Assembly (NCBI GenBank): GCA_964016885.1
Contig: OZ024740.1
Span: 408,828,001 to 408,892,000 of the forward strand
Length of the DNA stretch: 64,000 nucleotides
Source: Eledone cirrhosa
Taxonomy: Eukaryota
Direction of reading: 5' to 3'
In this document: one piece after another, positions 26,004-39,828 of the stretch
Layout of the letters: every line of letters starts with the position of its first letter
Position numbering within the stretch: the first letter of the stretch is position 1
Notes under the pieces: model-generated
Databases searched by the model: none
The model's input: only the letters and a program-made list of their open reading frames with translations
What the model was told of the DNA's origin: nothing
Position numbers and translations under genes: made by a program

Positions 26004-27706
26004 TCTTCATAATATTGAAGCAAAACAAGATATCACTGGGAAAAAAGGATAGGGTTGATTTGTGGAGTGGTTTGGTCGCTATTTTGTGCAAGTTGAACAA
26101 TCATGTTTTTCTCTTGTTGGGTTGTGGTATGAAAGTTTCCTATCCACTACACTTTCTCAAAAGCATTCCTGCCATTTTGAGTAGCTTCAGGTAAAAGTCA
26201 GAACACATTTGTGATGTCTTTATGGCATTTCGAAATCTTTTGTAATATTTTATTATTAAATCTGTTATATCACCAAAATATTTTTTACTTTTTGTTCTGG
26301 AAAAAATGTTTAATTCCCATTCAAAGCTTACTTTTCTTTCAGCTAACCTCAAAAGGTAAAAGCTGAGTATTCTTTCAATGTCAGAATATGATGTGATTGT
26401 GAGGGGTGTCAACTGACTCAACCAACTGTTAAATTTGACATATCAAACAGTTTATGTAATATTTATTCTCTTTCTGAAGATCCATAACAATTTAGTAAAG
26501 ATTCCTGAAATAAGCTTGATATTCTTGTTTACACATGCTCCAACTAGGTTTAGTCAAATGGAAATATATTTAGTTATTTTTTCTTTTTTGTTGGCAGTCT
26601 TCCTTGCTTCTCTGAAGTAACTTCAATACAGTGTTAATATCATGTTTTACTTCATTATTATGAAGAACTATTGCATTGTAGTTTGTTTGTGTCTACTTGT
26701 ATGTTAGGCTATCCTTTTGTTGTTGTTTCTCTTGTATGTGCATAATTTTCTTTTTTTAACTTACATATTTTCAGCATCAGTGTCTGAGATTCACTGACAT
26801 CTGAAATTTTTCCTTTGCATCAAAGCTGGTAAATTTTTCAGCCTACATACAACTGACAAATGTGTGGATTTCTTCTTCTTTCAGGCATATCAAAGCTAAT
26901 GTTTACAATCTTATCTACTGAAATGAGAAATTTGATTATTCTACTAGAACCCCCACCTGGTCTTCTAATTTTTATTTTAGTTTTCTGTCTAAGATTTGAG
27001 TAGATAAAACTTTCATAGTAGTAATGACATCATGAATATTACTTTATTAGCTTTCATTCATTAGCATAATAAATTGTACAGTTCTTGAAAACCTAGTACT
27101 ATTGGAACCTTGGATTTATAATTAATTGAACCCCCGGGAAGTTTTCTCCACCTGAAAATGTGTTATAAGTATAACTTGAATGATAAATTTGCCTGGCTTT
27201 AGAAAGCGAGGTGTATGTAGAGGTGGGAAGAATGTGATGGCTAATGTACAATGATCAAAACCATATTAGTTAATTACATTAGATGGGTTAACTTCATGAT
27301 GTGTTTTGTGTAACCTATAACCTGCTTCTTCAACATCAACTAAACTCATCATTTACTCTGAATTTTTGTACAGTTCATGTTGTTTCATTAATAATCTACA
27401 ACTGAAAAACCTGTTATCTTTTCTCCTGTCTATGATAATTATTCTTTCACATAAAAAGTTAATGAAAGCAAATCAGCTGATTGTGTTGCACAATAAACAT
27501 AGCGTAATATTAGTTATGTAAGGTTAACTTTCAACAATAGTTCTTTCATTAGGATGTCAACAATGGAATAAATGACAAAAGTGGAAACGTTTTGGAATAA
27601 TACTAATCACTATAATAGTGTTGAAATGGTGTGTTTGGTGTTTGTCATGTTATTCAGGTGTTATTAGGGTAATATATTTTGTATTTTGTGGAAAAGATAT
27701 ATATAT

Positions 27707-27960
27707 TGATGAAGCCACATATGCCGATTATGCATTGTTGCATAATATATGCAGACAGGGTGCAGTGCACCCTGCTGCTGCACTAAGTGTGGCTGAAACT
27801 CGAGTCCGAGAACTATTATAGGCACCCGTTTTAGGTGTGTTGTGTTGAAGCGAATAACTATGTGTATACTCTGGGAATGTATCCTACATTACCTATTGAG
27901 TACGCTGAGATACAACCGGTCCTGGCATTGATAAATATGCTGGATCCGTCAACTCCTTAT
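27707..27960 (+). mobile_element. Probable PLE pseudo-LTR 3' fragment with 5'-clipped hammerhead motif
   Basis: TGATGA AGCCACAT...GTGTGGCT GAAAC TCGA GTC; island bounded by TA runs. Confidence 0.65.
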
Positions 27961-28106
27961 TATATATATATATATATATAATAAATGAAACAAAACAAAA
28001 TACATGAGGCAAAATTACATAGTTATATTAGGTTCAGTGCTGAGTTTGAGAAGATCCCGTTAAAGGTAACAGCAGAAATTCTTTGCTTAAACTTTAATCT
28101 GTATTA

Positions 28107-28943
28107 TTGCATGCTCCGCTGGATGTGCAATAGTAATATACGTGAACGGCAAAGCATAAACGAACTAAGGAAAAAATTAGAAATAAGAGGGATCAGATGT
28201 TGTTTACTCGAGAGAAGGCTACGTTGGTACGGTCACGTGATGCGCATGAAAGACGACAGCTGTATAACAAAGTGCAGGGCAATAAAGATAGACGGTAGCC
28301 ACGGAGTAGGCAGACCCAGAAAAACCTGGGACGACATGATAAATTCCGACCCCACACGCTTACACCTCTCCAAGACAATGTCACTGGACCGAGACCTTTG
28401 GCGGTACTCAGTAATAGAGAAGACCCGCCTTACCTAAATACAAAGTAAAAACCTACTACAGTCAGTAGGCATCTCTATCAAAACACACCCCCGTCCCACC
28501 ACCTCCACCCCATCCACACCGCCCCTTTCAATGTAAAGTTATGTTGGTCCCACAACATCCAGGCCGAAACAAATGAGATCGTGTAGGTGTCATGACAAAA
28601 AAACACACAGTCCACGCTGTAAATGTGGCCGTGTAGGCAACACAGTAAAAACCTCCCAGCCCCACACTGTAAATGTGGTTGGTGTTAGGAAGGGCATCCA
28701 GCTGTAGAAAACCCGCCAGACAGTCCACGCTGTAATGTGGCCGTGTAGGCAACACGGTAAAAACCTCCCAGCCCCACACTGTAAATGTGGTTGGTGTTAG
28801 GAAGGGCATCCAGCTGTAGAAAACCCGCCAGACAGTCCTATGCGAGCAAGACAACCACTCTTGCCTCAAGTGGGAAAACCCCCGTCCAAACCCATGCAAG
28901 CGTGGAACACGGACGCTAAACCTGATGATGATGATGATGATGA

Positions 28944-28947
<4 letters not shown>
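28107..28947 (+). mobile_element. RTE family 1 3' fragment (duplicated-UTR subfamily)
   Basis: Nearly identical to 400-1236; tail followed by (TA)n. Confidence 0.92.
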
Positions 28948-28990
<43 letters not shown>

Positions 28991-29488
28991 CATCATCATC
29001 ATCATCATCATTTAACGTGTTTTTCCATACTAGCATGGGTTAGACAAGTTGTCCTGTTGTGAGATAGGCCAGGTCAAGTAATCATGTCTTGCTCATACAG
29101 AATTGATTTTGGCTTGGTTTCTACACACAACCACACACACACACACACAACCAAATTCACACACACACACACATTCGGACTCTACCTGTTTATCTTTTGA
29201 GCTTTATTGTTGTTTAATAAAATGTCAGTTAAGGCTGTTGTCTTACTACTTGTAAATATAAGTATTTTCTGGTAAGTTCTGAAGATCTCATACTCTCTAC
29301 TGACACCTTAGATTTCTTGCACAATAGGATTATTATTTAAGTGACAAGGCCTTCCAGAGGTGAAAATTGTTGCTGTTAGGCATGATGTATATGTGTGGGA
29401 GAGTTTTAATTATATTAAAAAAAAAGTGTTTGGTTCTTTCACTGAGTACATTCCATCAAATAAAGGACTTAGATATTGTTGTTTACCT

Positions 29489-29940
29489 TTAACACTTTTG
29501 TTACCATATTTCTAATGAAAAACATTGTCTATATTTTTTAGATAATTTTGAAAATAATCAAGAATTTTATGGAATTTAGTAAAATAACGTTTCATTTTTA
29601 AGGAGGTGTTTGGAATATAACAAATTTTCTTACATAAAATTATGATAGAATGTTTATATTTAAATATGAACGTTTTAAAATAATTGTTTCTACGTTAGGC
29701 ACAAGGCCAACAATTACCCAGTGCATTACTGGTACTTTATTTTATCGACCCCGTAAGGATGAAAGGCAAAGTTAACCTTGGCGGGATTTGAACTCAGAAT
29801 GGCAAGGGCCGTAACTCCATACGTCAAAGCATGGCGTCCGACCCCCTACCAATACTGCCAATCCACCGCCCTTTGAACGTTTTAAAATAATGGCATTATA
29901 TCATAGAACCAGGAGTGATTATGGTATCAGAGGGGATAAA
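29489..29940 (-). mobile_element. MITE family B copy interrupted by a SINE
   Basis: TTAACACTTTTGTTACCATATTTCT is the reverse complement of the family B end; sequence resumes after the SINE with ATCATAGAACCAGGAGT. Confidence 0.6.
29680..29871 (-). mobile_element. tRNA-derived SINE with 18-bp target-site duplication
   Basis: Same family as 24033-24230; TGAACGTTTTAAAATAAT at 29667-29684 and 29874-29891. Confidence 0.87.
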
Positions 29941-31284
29941 TAATTCCTTATTTGAATTTTTAGTATTAAAATATTTAATAATGATAGACTTAATCTACCT
30001 CCCAGTTTAATGTTGTTATGGCTCACACCTGTATAGGTTTATCCAAGCTCCTATAAGGTTGCATGAGGTTTCTTGGGTGTCTAAATGACAGGAGCCCCAG
30101 CCCTAGCATATCACTATTATTCTGGTAATTAGCATATATACTCAAATATAATTTCTCCCCCCCCCCCCCCCCCCCCCCCACCCCCCACCCCCCCGCGAAA
30201 TGGGCAAAAATTGAAACCCTGATTATAAGCCAACACAGTTAATCAACACATTGTTTAGATGGCATGGTTTTGAAATTCTCACGAATATAAAATATATTTA
30301 TGAAGTTTTAATATTTTGATGTTTAAAATGTTTTGTCATTAAGAGTATAGTTTTTTGTTTTACAACTCCATTATGTAAAGTTTCAACAAGTTTCTCAAAT
30401 GTTTGTTTACTTCCAACCACACACATGCCAGGAGTACTTTGAAAGCAAAAGATCAAATAAGAGATCTTTGTTTAGGGATTTGTAGAGTAGAAAAAGGAGG
30501 GAGAGACAGCGAGTGAGGGGAGGCAGAGATGGGAAAAAAGAGACAGCGAGAACAATAAAATATAATCAGAAATAAGATTGAAAGAGAAAAACGTGTACCT
30601 TTTGCAGTCTCTACTTTGTTGCTAGCATTTGGGTCAAGCTTCCAGTCTGAGGAGAACCATCAACAGTCTCTAAGGGCTTGAAAAAATGTCATTGGTGCTG
30701 CCCTTTCTTTTACTAAGTCACATTACCCCCTAGAAAAAGAACAATAGCAACAAAACTTATTTTCATGTTTACTACACTTAGTTATGACTGTGTGTGTGTA
30801 TTTTCTCTGGTTTGTAGCAGTTAGTTGTTAATAAGGAAACTTTGAAACATTGTGTAGTTAGGCATTAAACCAAGTTTATTGCATATCTAGAAATATTCAT
30901 GGCGAAAGAAATGTCAGCTGAGTTTGACTCACTTAATTATGACATGTTACAACTTATGATTTACCCCCCCCCCCCCCCCAACACACACAGTCAGTGTTAC
31001 TTGTTGCTGACCTTGTTATTTATCAATATTCCTTGTTTTTATTATATTATTATTAGTCTTATTTATATTGCACATCATCACTGTATTACCGAGCACAGCT
31101 CTGTGGGTCTTGGGTATGTGCAGTGTGGTTTTTGGTGGTGGTGTTTCTATTGCATTGAGAGTGCTGTTTTTTGTATGTTGTATATAGTTGTATATATCTG
31201 GAGTGTTAGTTATGTCTCTCTGTGTGTTTCATAGAACATCTATTATTATAGGTATTGTTTCTGTTTTTATCAGCAGCATTTGGG

Positions 31285-31790
31285 TTATTTTTATCAATAG
31301 ATCTTTATATTTGGATAATTTCTCTATTTCCTGGTAGATATATTGTTGTCTGTTGGGATTGATACATCAGTTAGAAGACATTTCTTTGTTTTTCTAGTCC
31401 TTGACTATAATGTCCGGTTGGTTGGCTTTCATCTCCCTGTCTGTATGTATTGGCATATCCCAAAGTATGGTTGCTTTGTCATTATCTGATTCCTTTTCTA
31501 GTGTGTATCTTTTTTCTGTAGGTATTTCGTAGTGTTGGCATAACTTCCAGTGTTTGTAAATCCTAACTCTATCATGTCTGGGAATGTATTCTGCTAAGAC
31601 TGAGCAGCCAGAGATAATGTGGTTAATTGTTTCTTCTTCACCTCCACATTATCTGCACTTACTTACTATGTTTTCATTATGTACTTCTGGTGCTTCTCTG
31701 GTGATCTTATGCTGTGATTAGAAAACCTTCCATCTCAGCTTTTAGTCCAGTGCTTTGTAGCCAGTTTTGTCTATTCTGCTTATTTGGATA
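31285..31790 (-). mobile_element. Degenerate fragment of a restriction-like-endonuclease non-LTR retrotransposon (R4/Dong/NeSL-like)
   Basis: Manual minus-strand translation gives KCR*CGGEEETINHIISGCSVLAEYIPRHDRV (CCHC knuckle + RHD) and ILWDMPIHTDREMKANQPDIIVKD..DVSIP..EKLSKYKDL (PD..D..K), with stops and frameshifts. Confidence 0.75.
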
Positions 31791-33112
31791 TTGGTCATAT
31801 AAGGGATTTCCCCCCATTATTCTAACATGGTATTCTGGAGGTTTGTTTTCAATTTAGGTTTTATGTTTTTTATAATTTCTGTTGTTTCGTTGTTTTCATT
31901 TTCCTCACACTTATCTATTAATCATGCTTCTTTGAAGAAAACAAATTTTTTGTTTTGTTCATATTATGCGGCTATGAATATAAAATGGAAGATACCAGGT
32001 GAATTTTCTTTTCACTCCTTGAAACTATCATCCTCACCCAACTTTCATGTATGAGATAATAGAACCTCTACATGGTTGCCTGATCTGCTAGAAATTGCAG
32101 CAAAAGGATCCTCAAATTCTAAGGTCTACTTTGCCTTTTTTCCTTCTGGGGGTCAATAAAATAAAGTATTGGGGTTGATATAATCGACTTCTCCCCACAA
32201 ATTGCTGACTTTGTTCCTAAAATAGATAAAACTAAATACCAATGAAACACGGAGTTCGAAAGAATCAACTTTCCCTGCCCCACAAATCATAGACCTTATG
32301 TCTAAATTAAAAATCATTATTATTCATATTATTAGTTCTGATTTCAAATGCTATAAGAATTGACCTTTATCACTTGCCATAAAGGAAAATTTGTTTGTGC
32401 TAATATGAGAAATCATTATTATTAACTTTCATAAAATAAAGTACCAGTAATACACTGGGTAATTGCTGGCCTTGTGCCTAACGTAGAAACAATTATTATT
32501 GCAGAATTAGTAGAATGAATGACAGTCTCTAGAAATATTGAGTGAGGTCCCTTTACATCTTGGGTTCAAATTCTGCTGAGATTAACTATGCTTTTCATTC
32601 TTCCGAGGTTGATAAAATATCCACTCAAGTACTGGGATTGATATAATCGACTGTTTCCTTTGTCCTAAATTGTTAGTCTTGCCTAAAGTAGAAACAATTA
32701 TACTATTACTACAATTACCATCACTACTACCACTACTTCTACTACATTGGCAACTAGGCTTGATGTCAGTTAAGGAAAGCCGTTACTTATGTATTGTGTG
32801 CCAAACTGTTGACGTCTGATAGACATTTCATATTATGAGACTTTATCTCAAAATTGACTTCTATTTAAATTGTTCCAAGTTCACAATCTTTCCACTTCTT
32901 CATTAAGTTCATTTAACACAGACATGCATGAGCTTTTTGATGATCTTTGCATTAAATATGCTAACACTCACTTGATATACATATACAATTGGTTTGTTCA
33001 GAATATTCTATCTATCTCCTTGTCTTACGACCAGCAAGTTTCAACCATTACCTGGCCTACTTTAGTATTAATGTTGTAAATAATTCCAGTAGCAAGAGAT
33101 AATCTTCCAAAA

Positions 33113-33934
33113 TACTGTATATACATGTATGCAAGCCGAGAAATATGTGAAAAAAAAAATCAATGGTAAAATGGGGGTTGGCTTATATTTGAGGTCAATA
33201 TTTTGCTGATTTTCACTAACTTCAAATGCTGCATAAATAAAGTGTTAAAATATCTGAAATGATTATAAAACACTGTTTTTTTTACCTTTACTACATTTTC
33301 ATTAGTGTTATTTATGTATTCTCTTGAAAATATTTCCAACAAATTTGTATAATTTGAACATTTTACTACATAAATATCTCATACACACATACACACACAA
33401 GCACACATGCACTCTGACTATTTTTCTCTGGCTCCATAATACTTTTTCTTTCAATCTTACATAAGATTGAAATCTGACTTCTAACTTCTGTTTTATTGCT
33501 CTCACTCTCTTTTCTTGCTCTTGCCTTCTCTCTCACTTGCTGTCTACCCCTCCCTCTTCTACTCTATGAATCTCTATACAAAGTTCTCTTATTCGATCTC
33601 TTGCTTTCAACTACTCCCAGCTGTGAATGGCCAGAAGTAAACAAAAATTGGAGAAACCTTTATAAACTTTATGAAATGAATGAAATTGTAAAAGATCATT
33701 ACATAGTGGAGTTGTGAAACAAAAACTATATTCTAAATGGCACATAAAATATTTGAAACATCAAAATATTAAAACTTCATAAATACATTTTATATTCATG
33801 TGAATTTAAAAACCACAGCATCCAAACATAATATGTTGTTTAGCTGCCTTGGTTTATATGTGGGGTTTGGATTTTTGCCCATTTCCCAGACATAAAATAG
33901 GGGTGGGTTGGCTTATATTTGAGTATATACAGTA
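33113..33934. mobile_element. Non-autonomous Tc1/mariner-type (pogo/Tc2-like) element with TA ends
   Basis: Left TACTGTATATAC..AAGCCGA and right TTGGCTTATATTTGAGTATATACAGTA are imperfect inverted repeats; internal copy of GTTGGCTTATATTTGAG at ~33178. Confidence 0.55.
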
Positions 33935-33935
33935 A

Positions 33936-34143
33936 TTAACCCTTTAGCATATACATTACTCTATATTTACATTTTCACAGTAAAGGCTTTACCTCACATA
34001 ATATTAAATTATGAGATTTTGACAGTATTTATTTGAGAATGTTACCTTAACATCAGTATGAGTGACCGGTTTTGACTTGTTAGAACAGAAAGAGGTAAGA
34101 GAATTCTGGCCAGATCTGGCCGGTTTAAATACTAAAGGATTGA
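33936..34143 (+). mobile_element. TTAA-flanked MITE family A
   Basis: Starts TTAACCCTTTAGCAT; matches the other family A copies. Confidence 0.8.
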
Positions 34144-34920
34144 ATATGGTGGATGTCTAAGAAGTTTGGTGATATTCATAATGACGGTTTGCTGCAATAC
34201 TTGACTCAGTTGAAAGTATTGTCCAGAATGTTCCTGCTATTTTGTTTCTTCAAATACACAACTTACATAGTAGCACATGCTATTTGATGCATATATGATG
34301 CAAGGTGTTGTGTTCCAGTTATTTCACTGCCTCCTGGAGCACAACTGAGTTAGATCAGTCTATGAAATAGAGGAGGAAGTAGGGGAGGGGGCTCTTTTGA
34401 TTCAAAGCCAATGTTGATTTTATTCCAGAGCTTCAGGTCACCTTTGATTGAACTGACCAATGGTTAAAGATATTCTATTACGTAATGTGTCCTTACTTTT
34501 TTTTTTAAATAGTGGGGTGTGAATTGAAGAATATTTGGGTGTAAATTTTAGCAAATTGGGCTACTACATACATATAACCTGTCTCATTGGTTCCAGCTCC
34601 CATCATTGATTCTTTACTTGATGATTGCAACTGGCATTAAGCTAACTATGATTGGCTAGCAAGGTGATTGTGTGTATCCCCCCCCCCCCCCCCCAAAAAA
34701 AAAAAACTGATTTACAAACTGTCTTGCAATATTTAGCTTTGATGTCTCTTCATTCTGAGCTCAAATTCCACTAGGATCAAATTCACCCTCCATCTCTTAC
34801 TAGAAGGCAGCTATAGAATCTGTGATAGAATAAATTCTCCTGTATGATGGATTGTTAGATAATTCACTCAACAATACTGAAAAATTGTAGCTTTATTCTA
34901 ATATAAGAAATCATTGCTAC

Positions 34921-35300
34921 ATCATCATCATCATCATCATCAACGTTTAACGTCCGTGTTCCACGCTTGCATGGGTTTGGACGGGGGTAGTCCCACTTGA
35001 GGCAAGAGTGATTGTCTTGCTCGCATAGGACTGTCTGGCAGGTTTTCTACAGTTGGATGCCCTTCCTAACACCAACCACATTTACAGTGTGGGTCTGGGA
35101 GGTTTTTACCGTGTTGCCTACACGGCCACATTACAGCGTGGACTGTGTGTTTTTTTGTCGTGACACCTACACGATCTCATTTGTTTCGGCCTCGATGGCG
35201 CGGCACCAACATAACTTTACATAGAACGGGGTGATGTGGATGGGGTGGGGGTGGTGGTGGTGGGACGGGGTGTATTTTGTTAGAGATGCCTACTGGCTAC
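34921..35300 (-). mobile_element. Solo 3'UTR of RTE family 1 (single-unit variant)
   Basis: Near-identical to 16103-16480. Confidence 0.88.
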
Positions 35301-35635
35301 ATAATCATTAATTTCTGTTAGTCTAATCATCATCAGTCAGTCCATTTCAACCATCTCATATTCTTCATTATTTTTCCCTGTTGGCATAGTATCGTATCTC
35401 TCCACTTTGATAGTTTTGCTCCTCTGTCACCTGATATATACAACAGAGAAAACTGCAAATATTTGTTGTTGTATACGAAATTTTTTTGTATGATATATTA
35501 TAATGATCATAATCTTCTTCATAACATGTCATACATTTTCTGTGATAGTTTGGATTAGCCTATCTGCAGTTACAATATATCTCCACTTGTTTCAATGTTT
35601 TTGTGATTTAGCCAATGAGGATTTCACTTCACCAT

Positions 35636-35758
35636 TTTTTATCTTGTCTCTATCAAACTCCCTCTGCTGGGCACTTTTTATCTTGTCTCTATCAAACTCC
35701 CTCTGCTGGACACTTTTTATCTTGTCTCTATCAAACTCCCTCTGCTGGACACTTTTTA
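35636..35758. repeat. 39-bp tandem repeat x3
   Basis: Unit TTTTATCTTGTCTCTATCAAACTCCCTCTGCTGG(G/A)CACT, contiguous with no spacers. Confidence 0.9.
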
Positions 35759-36601
35759 TGCAGACATTTGCATTATGTATGCAGACAAGCACAGTAAAGT
35801 CATCTTCTACAAACATTTTAACTTTGATACTCAGCTGTACAACAAAATCTGATTATTCTGTGAGTACACAGCTGAAACTCTTGATGCTCCAGCTACCCAA
35901 GTGTGAGTAGGAATCAAGTGATGGCAATTATCAAAATTGAGATGCAGCTATCACTCACATGCATGCATAAATACAGACACACACATATTCATTAAAATCT
36001 GAGTATTTACTGCATCATTACTCATCTGAGTATTTACTGCATCATTACTCATCTGAGTTTTTCATATCTTTCAAACCCTTCAAGGAAATGGAGTCAATTT
36101 AAGCCCCAAATTAAGGGATATATAGAACTACATATATTTGAGTACTTCTTTTCCCTTGTTTATCAATGTATAATGTAATAACTCTTGTAGAAGGGCAGCA
36201 CCTATGAATATTTTTTATTGGGCCTTCATTACTGGTGAAGGAAAATGAAGAAAGAAACTGACTTCTGGCTTGCTATAATAGAAAATAACTCACCAACATA
36301 TTGGGTTATACTCAGACCAGAGACCTAGTCTGAATGCTTGCAACAGTGTGCTCAAGCTAAAAGCATCCAAGAGCTAGGGGATGGTGCTAAATTAGGTGAC
36401 AAAGTCTATTGTTACAAAATAGGTATAATTCATTCTATGGGCTTTTGCATAGTTTTCCTTGTACCCAAGACTTAGTTGACCCGAAGCTATGATAGACAAT
36501 ATTTGGAATGACATAATTGTGAAGTGAAATTGTTAACCACATGACCATATCTCCTCACATCCATACATCCATGTCTCTATGTATGATTTACTTCAAACAC
36601 A

Positions 36602-37221
36602 TTAACCCTTTAGCATTTACTTTATTCTATATATACTATTATATTTTCACGGTAAAAGCTTTACCTTAAATAATTATCTCACATAATATCGAATCTAAAA
36701 GATTTTGATATTATTTATTTTAAGAACAATACCTCAACATCAGTATGAGTGGCTGGTTACAGCCAGTTTGAACCCTGGCTGGGTATGGCTGGATTAACCC
36801 TTTAGCATTTACCTTACTGTGTATATACTATTGTATTTTCACGGTAAACACTTTATCTCACATATTTGTCTCACATAATACCGAGTCTGAGATTTTGATA
36901 TTATTTATTTTGAGAATAATATCTTAACATCAGTATGAATGGCGAACTACAACCAGTTTGAACAGAAAGAGGTGAGAGAGTTCTGGCTGGGTATGGCTGG
37001 TTTAACCCTTTAGCATTTACATTACTCTATATATACTATTGTATTTTCACAGTAAAAGCTTTATCTCACATAATATCAAGTCTATGAGATTTTGATATTA
37101 TTTATTTTGAGAACAATACCCTTAACATCAGTATGAGTGGCTGGTTACAGCCAGTTTGAACAGAAAGGGTGAGAGAATTCTGGCTGGGTATGGCTGGGTA
37201 GTTTAAATGCTAAAGGGTTAA
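36602..37221 (+). mobile_element. Head-to-tail trimer of MITE family A
   Basis: TTAACCCTTTAGCATTTAC starts at 36602, 36794 and 37002; only the third unit has the full right end TAAATGCTAAAGGGTTAA. Confidence 0.88.
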
Positions 37222-38129
37222 ATAGCATAAATGTTCATGTGACATTTCTCTTAAATATGCTGTTCAATGATATATGAATTGACAATTATCAACTTGGTTA
37301 AACCTATTTTCTCATTTTTTTTTTTTTGTCAGTACTAATGCCTTAGTACTGATTCATATTTAATAGCCCTTCCCCCACAAATACTTATGTTGGTCAAGGC
37401 ACTAGACATAAGGTAAGGTGTAATTTTGTTCTTACTATTGATGCAGATTACACCAACCACCCAATCCATTCATCTGCTAGGGTTGGGTACAGGAGAATTA
37501 TATATGGGTTTAAATTAGGTAGGGGATAGTGACAAAAACTGAATCTTTAAAGATGGAATTAAGACCCACCTTTTAATGTTTAAGGGCAGAGGAAATAGGA
37601 AGTAATTATTTTTCTTTTCTCTATAAAGAGAGAAAATATAATAAAAGAAATCATTATGTCACTGGGCAATTGAATCTCTTTGATTCTCAATGCTGTAGGC
37701 AAAACACATACTCAGAAACACCACAACTATCATCACTCCTTTTTCCTATGCTTTCATGGGTTGAATGGATCTCTACCCAAGATCAACTTTCACTACCTTT
37801 CCTCATATCTTCCTTGGTCTTCTATCACAGATTCCTACCATTTAGATCACTTGAAACGTTTTAACCTGTCATTCTCCATATATTCCACATCTCTAAACTA
37901 ATACAGTTGTCTGTCTTGCACATTACATCTGATTCATCTTGTATCCACTTTTTCTCTGCACTCATTGCTGCTCAGTCATTCATAGACATTAACATTACAC
38001 AGCATGCTTACCTAATGTTTTCCCAGTCTTTGCACATTTTCAATATTCGTGCACATGTTTCACTACCATGCAATATCACGCTTTGTACACAAGCATTATA
38101 TAATGCATTCCATATTTAACATTTGAGAA

Positions 38130-38132
<3 letters not shown>

Positions 38133-38212
<80 letters not shown>
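38133..38212. repeat. (CT)n microsatellite
   Basis: Directly visible. Confidence 0.95.
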
Positions 38213-38217
<5 letters not shown>

Positions 38218-38345
38218 ATGCATACAGTGAAAATCATAATAAAAGATGTCATCAAATTGTTATTGTTATCTAAAAGACTCCCTCCCAAAGAGATCACAAC
38301 AAGCGGATGGCTGTGTGTGTGTGTATTGGCTAACAACACACACTC

Positions 38346-39828
38346 TCATCATCATATGTCCGTTGTTCCATGAGTGCATGGGTTGGATGGGTCCTTCTCA
38401 GTACAGTATCTCTCCACTTGTTGTATTCCTTTGTCATCTCCTCTAGGAGTTTTAGTGATCTGAGATCAGCTCTCACCACTTCCGTTTAGGTCTTCCTCTA
38501 CTGCAGCTTCTTTCCACTCTGATTATTTGTTACTTCTTCACCCAGCGATCATCATTTGTGCACATCACATGTCCATACCAACATAGTCTCCTCTCCTGCA
38601 CACTACTTCTGATTCCTCTTATACCCAGTTTTTCCTTTAGTTCATCCATGCTTTGCAGTTCTCATATATTAACATTGTACATCCATCAAAGAAGGTTGCC
38701 TCATTTCTTTCCAGCTTCTACATATCATCTGCGTTCACTGCCCATGTTTCATTACCATGATGTGTGGCACTTTGCACACAGGCATCATACAGCTGACTTC
38801 TCATTCGCAGGGAGAAAGTTTTTGTTGTTAGCAGGGGTAGCAGTTCCCTAAACTTTTTCCAGCATGTCCTTAATCTAGCTACCCTTCTCTCTGAGCACCC
38901 TCCTCCACTTCTATGGATCCTTCTTGGGATTAGAAAAGGTTTATATTATATATTTTATTATTGGCACTCTTACTATAAATTGACCCTGAACATCTACTAC
39001 ATAGACTTTTCCTTTCCTGTTTGTCTGCCTGTTATCCCACTATATCTCTTGTGTTACCAAGATTTGAATTGTATACACCATATAGAGTTTATGCCTACAC
39101 CTTTTCTACATATCAAGCAAGGCCACTTCCCTGATGAGATTGGTTCCCTATCTTCTTTGCTACTTATTAACACTTTGGTTTTTGCTAAGTCTACTCTAAG
39201 CCCTTTTGATTCTAAGATCTATTTCTACAGCCGGAATTTATTCTCTAGTTCTTCCACAGATTCAGCTATGAGGACCAGATCATTGGTGTACAGAAGTTCT
39301 CATGGGCAACCAGTCTTAAACTCCCCTGTTAAGGCCCGGAGGACTAAGATAAACAGGAGTGGGTGAAAAACTGAACCCTGATACATCCTACTACACTTTG
39401 AATTCCTTTCTAAACTCACTTTACTTACAGCTCCTCTGTACATGGTTTGCACTGCTCTTACAAGCCACTCTTCTATACTTAGTTTCTTTAAGGACCACCA
39501 GATCAGGGTACTCTGTTAAAGGCTTTCTCAAGATTAACAAAAGCTAGATATAGAGGCTTACTCTCAGCTAAGAACTACGTTGTCTTACCAAAAAGAGAAC
39601 ATCCAGGTCCTCCTCCTTGGTATGAAACTGAATTGCATCTCATCCTATATCTGTCAATTCCGATAGCTGGTCCCTCTGTAGGGTTAGTTGGGAGTAGTCT
39701 CCCTTCCTACCATTCATTCTTTACATTCATTAACCTCTTATAATAGCATTTCCATGCCTCTTTCTTTTGAGTATCAGTGATGCACCAATGTCATTTCGAA
39801 CACACTTCCCCCAACATTATCCTGATTT
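38346..39828 (-). mobile_element. Old degenerate RTE LINE (family 2-like)
   Basis: Antisense ORF peptides (HITCPYQHSLLS, SSHGQPVLNS) mirror those of the intact RTE copies; CATCAT tail at the left; many indels. Confidence 0.8.

Noticed and set aside
35636-35758. 39-bp repeats (also 36-bp repeats at ~55240-55335) as a CRISPR array
   Set aside because: Contiguous tandem units with no spacers, in a eukaryotic context with no cas genes.
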